In this document: positions 58,870 through 64,000 of the stretch, in pieces
Layout: each line of letters starts with the position of its first letter
How positions within the stretch are numbered: position 1 is the first letter of the stretch
Assembly (NCBI GenBank): GCA_020356025.1
Contig: CP070630.1
Span: forward strand, 1,729,027-1,793,026
Direction of reading: 5' to 3'
DNA from: Dehalococcoidia bacterium
Lineage (GTDB): Bacteria; Chloroflexota; Dehalococcoidia; SM23-28-2
DNA: 64,000 nt
Position numbers and translations under genes: made by a program
Notes under the pieces: generated by a model
Told to the model about the DNA's origin: nothing
Seen by the model: the letters and a program-made list of their open reading frames with translations, nothing else
Database searches by the model: none

Positions 58870-61866
58870 ATGGACGAACTGTTCGGCCTATCGATGGACT
58901 ACATCATGATCGCCCTGCTGATCTTGCTGGCGATCTCGCTGGCCACCGTGGCCTATGTCGTGTTGCGCAACCGCATCATGTTCAAGATGGGCGTGCGCAA
59001 CATCCCCCGTCGCATGGCCCAGACCGTCCTCATCGTCATCGGCCTCATGCTCAGCACCCTCATCATCTCCGCCGCTCTCACCACCGGCGATACCGTCGAC
59101 CGCAGCATAACCAACTGGGTCTATGAGATAGCAGGCCACGCCGACGAGATCGTGGAGTTCGATGCGGAGAAGATCGGTGACGGGACCGCTGAGCCCTTCG
59201 TTCCCGAATCCACCGTCGCCGAACTCGAGGCTGCCCTCGGCGACGATCCCGACATCGACGGCATTGTCCCAACCCTCTTCGAGCCGGTGCCGGTCATCAA
59301 CCCACGCACAGGCCTCAGCAGTCCCTCGGCCTTTCTCACCGGCGCGGACCCCGAGCGCATGGACGGCTTCCCCGACATCATCTCTCTCGACGGCGAGGTG
59401 CTCGACCTCGGCGCCCTTGCCTCCGACGAGATCTACTTGAACGAGAGCGGCCAGGAAGAGCTTGACGCTCAGATCGGCGATACCCTTCAGGTTTTCGTCG
59501 TCGGTATGCCTACTACCTTCAAAGTGGTGGACATCGTCAAGGACAAATACATCACCGGCGCCCTCACTACCGAGGAAGGCCAATCACAGGACGGCATGGT
59601 CACCCGCCTGGATGTGGCCCAGCGGCTCTTCGACCGCGAGGGGGAGGTCGACTTCATCGGCATCTCCAACCGCGGAGGCGTGCGCGACGGCATGGCCCTC
59701 TCCGATACGGTCGCCGAGAAGGTCGAGGCCGCCCTCACCAACCCCAGCCTTAGCGTGGAGAAGATAAAGCAGGACACCGTGGAGATGGCCGAGCTCATAG
59801 GCAACGTCATGTCCACCATGTTCCTGGTCATGGGCCTCTTCTCCATCGCCGCCGGCATCCTCCTCATCTTCATGATCTTCGTCATGCTGGCAGCAGAGCG
59901 GAAGCCGGAGATGGGCATGGCCCGCGCCGTGGGCAGCAAGCGCAGCCAGCTCGTCCACGCCTTCCTCTCGGAGGGCATGGCCTACAACCTGGGGGCTGCA
60001 TTGGTCGGTGCCGGCCTGGGAGTGCTCGTGGCCATCGCCATGACCCGCGTCATGGCCGGTATGTTCGCCCAGATCAACATCGACATCACCCCCCATGTCA
60101 CCCCTCGCAGCCTGATCATCGCCTACTGCCTGGGGGTCGTGGTCACCTTCATCACCGTCGTCATCTCCTCCTGGCGAGTGAGCCGCCTCAACATCGTGCG
60201 GGCCCTCCGTGACATCCCCGAGCCCACCTACCGCCGGGCGCGACTCCGCACCCTGGTCTTCGGCATCATAGCCATCTTATTCGGGGTCTTCCTCGCCTGG
60301 GTCGGCGTCAGCTCTGGAGTGCTTGCTCCATTCACACTCGGAGTGTCCATCTCCTTGCTGAGCCTAGCCGCGGTCATGCGCTACTTCGCTCTGCCGGAGC
60401 GTCCCGTTTTCACCATCGTCGGCCTGGCCGTTCTGGCATACTGGGCCCTCTGGTCGGGACCACTGGAGGACGTCGGGCCCGAGATGTCGGGCGACATCGA
60501 GATGTTCTTCCTCTCCGGCATTTTCATGGTGGCCTCCTCTACCTTCGTCATCGTCTACAACGCCGACATCCTCCTCCACGCCATAGAGCGCGCCGGCGGT
60601 TGGCTTGGCCGCCTTCTGCCCGCGCTGCGTATCGCCGTCGCCTACCCCCTGGCCAACAAGTTCCGCACGGGCATGACCCTGGCCATGATCGCTTTGGTGG
60701 TCTTCGCTGTGATCATGATGTCCGTCATGAACACTAACTTCGACGCCGTCTTCCTGCGCGAGGAGGCCCGCGGCGGCTGGGACATTGTCGTCACCGAGAA
60801 CCCCAACAACCCCATCAACGACTTGAACGCGGCCCTGGACAGGGAAGGCTCAGTCGACACTGCCCAGTTCGCCGCCGTCGGGGCGGCCCGCTACCCCGAC
60901 CTCTTCGCCGGTGCGGAGCTGCGGCGACCTGGCGGAAGGCACGAGTGGGAATCCTATCCAGTAGTGGGAGTGGACGACGCCTTCGCCCGCGACTCGCAGA
61001 TCAGGCTCCAGACCCGCGCCTCTCAGTATGCGGACGACCCCGCCGTATGGGAGGCCATCCGCACCACGCCCGGCCTGGCGGTGATCGACGCCTTCGCCGT
61101 CTCTGAGGGTGCCTTCCAGGCCGGCGGGCCCGAGTTCCACCTCGAAGATTTCGACGAGACCGCCAAGGAGATGGAACCCCTGGTCCTGCAGCTGCGCGAC
61201 CCGACTAGTGGCAGCCTAGTGAACCTCTCCCTTGTTGGGGTTATCGATTTTGGCTCTAGCGCCAACTTCTTTGGCCTCTACACCTCGGAGCAGACCTTCA
61301 ACGAGGCCTTCGGTGAGCCCGAGTTCTCCCGCTTCTACGTGAAGGTGCAGCCAGGCGTGGACCCCAGCGACACGGCCAAGGCCATCGAGTCCGCCCTGGT
61401 CACCACCGGCGCCCAGGCCGAGTCCATAAAAGACCAGATCGAGGAGCAAAACGCCACCTTCAATAGCTTCTTCTACCTGATCCAGGGCTTCATGGGCCTG
61501 GGCCTGCTCGTGGGCACCGCGGCCGTCGGCGTTATCGCATTCCGCTCGGTGGTTGAGCGGCGCCAGCAGATCGGCATGCTCCGGGCCATCGGCTACACGC
61601 GCGGCACCGTGGCCCTCAGCTTCATCATGGAGTCATCGTTCATCGCCCTGCTCGGCATCGCCACCGGCGTCGGCCTGGCGGTGCTCCTCTCCTTCAACCT
61701 GCTTACCAGCGACGAATTCGAGAATCTGGACATGAGCTTCATCATCCCCTGGTGGCAGATTCTCCTTACCGCCGCCTTCGCCTACGGAGCCTCTTTCCTG
61801 ATGACCATTCTCCCCTCGCGTCAAGCGTCGGGCATCGTCATCGCCGAGGCCATCCGCTACGAGTAG
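58870..61866 (+). CDS. ABC exporter permease with two FtsX domains and large extracytoplasmic domains (MacB-like, 998 aa)
   Basis: TM1 plus large periplasmic domain plus 3 TM (FtsX), duplicated. Follows the ATPase after 13 nt. Confidence 0.85.
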   Translation: MDELFGLSMDYIMIALLILLAISLATVAYVVLRNRIMFKMGVRNIPRRMAQTVLIVIGLMLSTLIISAALTTGDTVDRSITNWVYEIAGHADEIVEFDAEKIGDGTAEPFVPESTVAELEAALGDDPDIDGIVPTLFEPVPVINPRTGLSSPSAFLTGADPERMDGFPDIISLDGEVLDLGALASDEIYLNESGQEELDAQIGDTLQVFVVGMPTTFKVVDIVKDKYITGALTTEEGQSQDGMVTRLDVAQRLFDREGEVDFIGISNRGGVRDGMALSDTVAEKVEAALTNPSLSVEKIKQDTVEMAELIGNVMSTMFLVMGLFSIAAGILLIFMIFVMLAAERKPEMGMARAVGSKRSQLVHAFLSEGMAYNLGAALVGAGLGVLVAIAMTRVMAGMFAQINIDITPHVTPRSLIIAYCLGVVVTFITVVISSWRVSRLNIVRALRDIPEPTYRRARLRTLVFGIIAILFGVFLAWVGVSSGVLAPFTLGVSISLLSLAAVMRYFALPERPVFTIVGLAVLAYWALWSGPLEDVGPEMSGDIEMFFLSGIFMVASSTFVIVYNADILLHAIERAGGWLGRLLPALRIAVAYPLANKFRTGMTLAMIALVVFAVIMMSVMNTNFDAVFLREEARGGWDIVVTENPNNPINDLNAALDREGSVDTAQFAAVGAARYPDLFAGAELRRPGGRHEWESYPVVGVDDAFARDSQIRLQTRASQYADDPAVWEAIRTTPGLAVIDAFAVSEGAFQAGGPEFHLEDFDETAKEMEPLVLQLRDPTSGSLVNLSLVGVIDFGSSANFFGLYTSEQTFNEAFGEPEFSRFYVKVQPGVDPSDTAKAIESALVTTGAQAESIKDQIEEQNATFNSFFYLIQGFMGLGLLVGTAAVGVIAFRSVVERRQQIGMLRAIGYTRGTVALSFIMESSFIALLGIATGVGLAVLLSFNLLTSDEFENLDMSFIIPWWQILLTAAFAYGASFLMTILPSRQASGIVIAEAIRYE

Positions 61867-62021
61867 ACATGGCCCTCACCGACGCCCGATGTCATCGAGG
61901 ATCTCCACCACTCCGCCCTCGTTTGCGGTTGACAATACGCTAGTCACGCGCCATCATTGGCTCCAAGATCACAGTCATCGATCCGGCCAGCCTGGCCGTA
62001 TCCACTAAAAAGGAGGAAGCC

Positions 62022-62594
62022 ATGGCCACAGGCTACCCGGCCACCCTGGACGTACCCGTCCGCGAGAAGATCCCTAGAGATCAGGCCATTATGCACACCA
62101 TCCTCGCGATCGTGTTCTACTGGCTAGCCGCGGGAATCCTCGGTTTCTTGGCGTACATCGTCGCCCCCATCGCCATAGCCATACGGGTCCGCTCTAAGGG
62201 CGGCGACAAGTTCATCGAGGAAGACGGAGCAGAATTCGCGCGCTACGGTAAGCTGTTCATGGCCATCTACACCTACGTTTACTTCCTCACCGATGAGGCT
62301 CCGGAGAAGGCCATCGAAAGCACAGTCAAGGTCGACTTCCAGCCCAGCGGCAGCCCAACGTGGCTCCATGCCCTCTTCACCCAGATCCTCCTCATCCCTC
62401 ACGGGCTGGTGCTGGGCATCCTGGGCCTCGCCTTCATCGTCATCCTTCCCTGGACGGCCATCGTCGCCATCGCCAACGAGCAGTACGCTAAGCAGTTCTA
62501 CTCGTTCGTCTTGAACTACCTCCGTTGGCAGACCAGGGTGACCGCCTACCTGTTCTCACTGACGCAGGAGTACCCGCCCTTTGCCTGGGACTAG
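62022..62594 (+). CDS. DUF4389-family membrane protein
   Basis: Two TM pairs. LLIPHGLVLGILG...LRWQTRVTAYLFSLTQEYPPFAWD matches DUF4389 conserved C-terminus (RYPxxLF...LRW..RV.AY...LTD.YPPF). Confidence 0.6.
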   Translation: MATGYPATLDVPVREKIPRDQAIMHTILAIVFYWLAAGILGFLAYIVAPIAIAIRVRSKGGDKFIEEDGAEFARYGKLFMAIYTYVYFLTDEAPEKAIESTVKVDFQPSGSPTWLHALFTQILLIPHGLVLGILGLAFIVILPWTAIVAIANEQYAKQFYSFVLNYLRWQTRVTAYLFSLTQEYPPFAWD

Positions 62595-62656
62595 AGAGAC
62601 GCCCTGACAGCAGAGCGCAGCCGTAGAAGGTAGCCGCGACGCCCAAAGCGCACTCT

Positions 62657-64000
62657 GTGGAAAGGTTCGAGCTTGCCAACCTCGACCGAACGAAGCCCAT
62701 CAACGCCGTGGGCTGGCGGCCCTTCTGGCTGGCCCTGACGACCATCGCCCTTCTGACCGTTGCGCTGGCGGCCTGCCAGGAAGGGGAGCCCCAGGGGCCG
62801 CCAGCTATCGACCTGGCTCGCCAGCGCCCTGCCCTGAGCCTGTTCGGTGCCCAGGCAGGCGATAAGGTCAGAGCGGTCGCCGCCGGCGACGTCAACGGCG
62901 ACGGCCAGCAAGATATCATCGTCGGCGCCTTTAACGCCGACGGCCCCCAGGACAGCAGGCCCGATTGCGGCGAGACCTACGTCATGTTCGGCTCAGCCGA
63001 TAGAGGCGAGACCATCGACTTCGCTGAGGGTCAGCAGGACATCACCATATTCGGCGCCGACAGCAGTGATTCCCTCGGCTTCGCCGTCGCCACCGGCGAC
63101 GTCAACGGTGACGGCATCGACGACATCCTGGTCGGGGCGCTCCTGGCCGACGGCCCCGGCAACGGGAAACCCAACGCCGGCGAAGCCTACGTGATCTTTG
63201 GCTCCCCCTCCCTCGCGCCAACCGTTGACATTGCTCTGGGGGAGCAGAACCTCACCCTGTTCGGCGCAGAGCAAGAAGACCGCCTGGGCGCATCCCTGGC
63301 CACCGGCGACGCCAACGGCGACGGCCTCCAGGACATCCTGCTCGGCTCCTTCCTGGCCGACGGGCCGGAGAACGCCCGCTATCAGGGGGGAGAAGTCTAC
63401 CTGATTTTCGGCACGTCCACCCTATCCGGATCCAGAGACATGGCCCAGGACGAGTACGACCTGGCCCTCATCGCCGCTGAGGCCGACGACCAGCTAGGCC
63501 ACCACCTGGCAATGGGCGACCTGAACAAGGACGACATCGACGACCTCATAGTATCCGCATTCAGGGCGGATGGCCCCGACAACGCCCGCGAGGACGGCGG
63601 CGAGGTCTATGTCATCTTTGGCTCCCCCTCCCTCACCGGCGTTCTCGACCTCGCCTCCACTCCTCCCGCTGTGACGGTGACCGCTGCCGACAACGAGGAC
63701 CACTTGGGCCATGCAGTCGCCTCGCGCGACATCAACGGCGATGCCACCGACGATCTCATAATCACTGCGCCCAGAGCCGATGGACCAGACAACGCCCGAG
63801 AAGACGCCGGCGAAGCCTACGTTGTCTTCGGCTCGCCGTCCCTGGAGAGCTCCGTCGATATCGCCCTGGCTGAGCACGACGTGACCATCCTCGGCACCGA
63901 CCCCGACGACCGTCTGGGCACGTCCCTGGCCAGCGCCGACCTGAACGGCGATGGGGTGAACGACATCGTCCTGGGAACGGAGAGAGGAGACGGGCCAGAC
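62657..64000 (+). CDS. FG-GAP repeat lipoprotein (partial, runs off 3' end of window); not in ORF track because of GTG start
   Basis: Frame 2 open from 62627 to window end. GTG 62657 (VERFELANLDRTKPINAVGWRPFWLALTTIALLTVALAAC: signal plus LAAC lipobox), alternative GTG 62708. At least 7 repeats of GDVNGDGxxDIxxG...DGPxNxRxxxGExYVIFGS. Confidence 0.75.
   Translation, partial: MERFELANLDRTKPINAVGWRPFWLALTTIALLTVALAACQEGEPQGPPAIDLARQRPALSLFGAQAGDKVRAVAAGDVNGDGQQDIIVGAFNADGPQDSRPDCGETYVMFGSADRGETIDFAEGQQDITIFGADSSDSLGFAVATGDVNGDGIDDILVGALLADGPGNGKPNAGEAYVIFGSPSLAPTVDIALGEQNLTLFGAEQEDRLGASLATGDANGDGLQDILLGSFLADGPENARYQGGEVYLIFGTSTLSGSRDMAQDEYDLALIAAEADDQLGHHLAMGDLNKDDIDDLIVSAFRADGPDNAREDGGEVYVIFGSPSLTGVLDLASTPPAVTVTAADNEDHLGHAVASRDINGDATDDLIITAPRADGPDNAREDAGEAYVVFGSPSLESSVDIALAEHDVTILGTDPDDRLGTSLASADLNGDGVNDIVLGTERGDGPD

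Noticed and set aside
62815-62840. Sequence ccctgagcctgttcggtg resembling the dispersed mini-repeat core
   Set aside because: Lies inside the FG-GAP lipoprotein coding frame (..ALSLFGAQ..) and lacks the GTCGAAGGG continuation. Chance similarity.

Overview
High-GC (roughly 65-70%) bacterial chromosomal segment, densely coding, with about 57 protein genes and no rRNA, tRNA, CRISPR array or obvious mobile element. Gene content and a dispersed GC-rich mini-repeat are reminiscent of Chloroflexi-like genomes, but this is only an impression. Main points: (1) A selenium trait. A TAT-exported formate dehydrogenase alpha subunit has an in-frame UGA (selenocysteine) and sits in an operon dsrE-like/fdhA/fdhB/nrfD-like/fdhE. 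Next to it is a tightly coupled yedE(YeeE)/DUF3343/YjeF_C-like/tusA(yedF-like) operon and a mobA-like gene. A second, orphan PrdB/GrdB-like selenoprotein gene is split by UGA and has a perfect downstream hairpin, beside a tungsten-type aldehyde:ferredoxin oxidoreductase and a MoaD-like gene. (2) Three divergently and convergently arranged paralogous small proteins (about 136-144 aa) of unrecognisable family, with acidic disordered N-termini and a conserved C-terminal alpha/beta domain of about 70 aa, next to a small coiled-coil protein and a MacB-type ABC exporter. This is the best candidate for an undescribed system. (3) Two adjacent secreted proteins, an FG-GAP beta-propeller and a papain-like C1 peptidase carrying a DUF333-like N-domain, share a nearly identical C-terminal TSP3/dockerin-like module. 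A third FG-GAP lipoprotein runs off the 3' end of the window. (4) A compact operon of an alkyl-DHAP-synthase-like FAD oxidase (WGWG N-terminal motif), GlpD-like G3P dehydrogenase, DAGK-type lipid kinase and a SAM methyltransferase, behind an extended -10 promoter, suggesting ether-lipid synthesis. The rest is housekeeping and accessory metabolism: an OpuC-type osmoprotectant ABC transporter, two MacB/FtsX exporters, two amidases, tandem CaiB/BaiF CoA-transferases, and an oxidoreductase/O-methyltransferase cluster. All functional calls are from motif recognition by eye. No database search was run.
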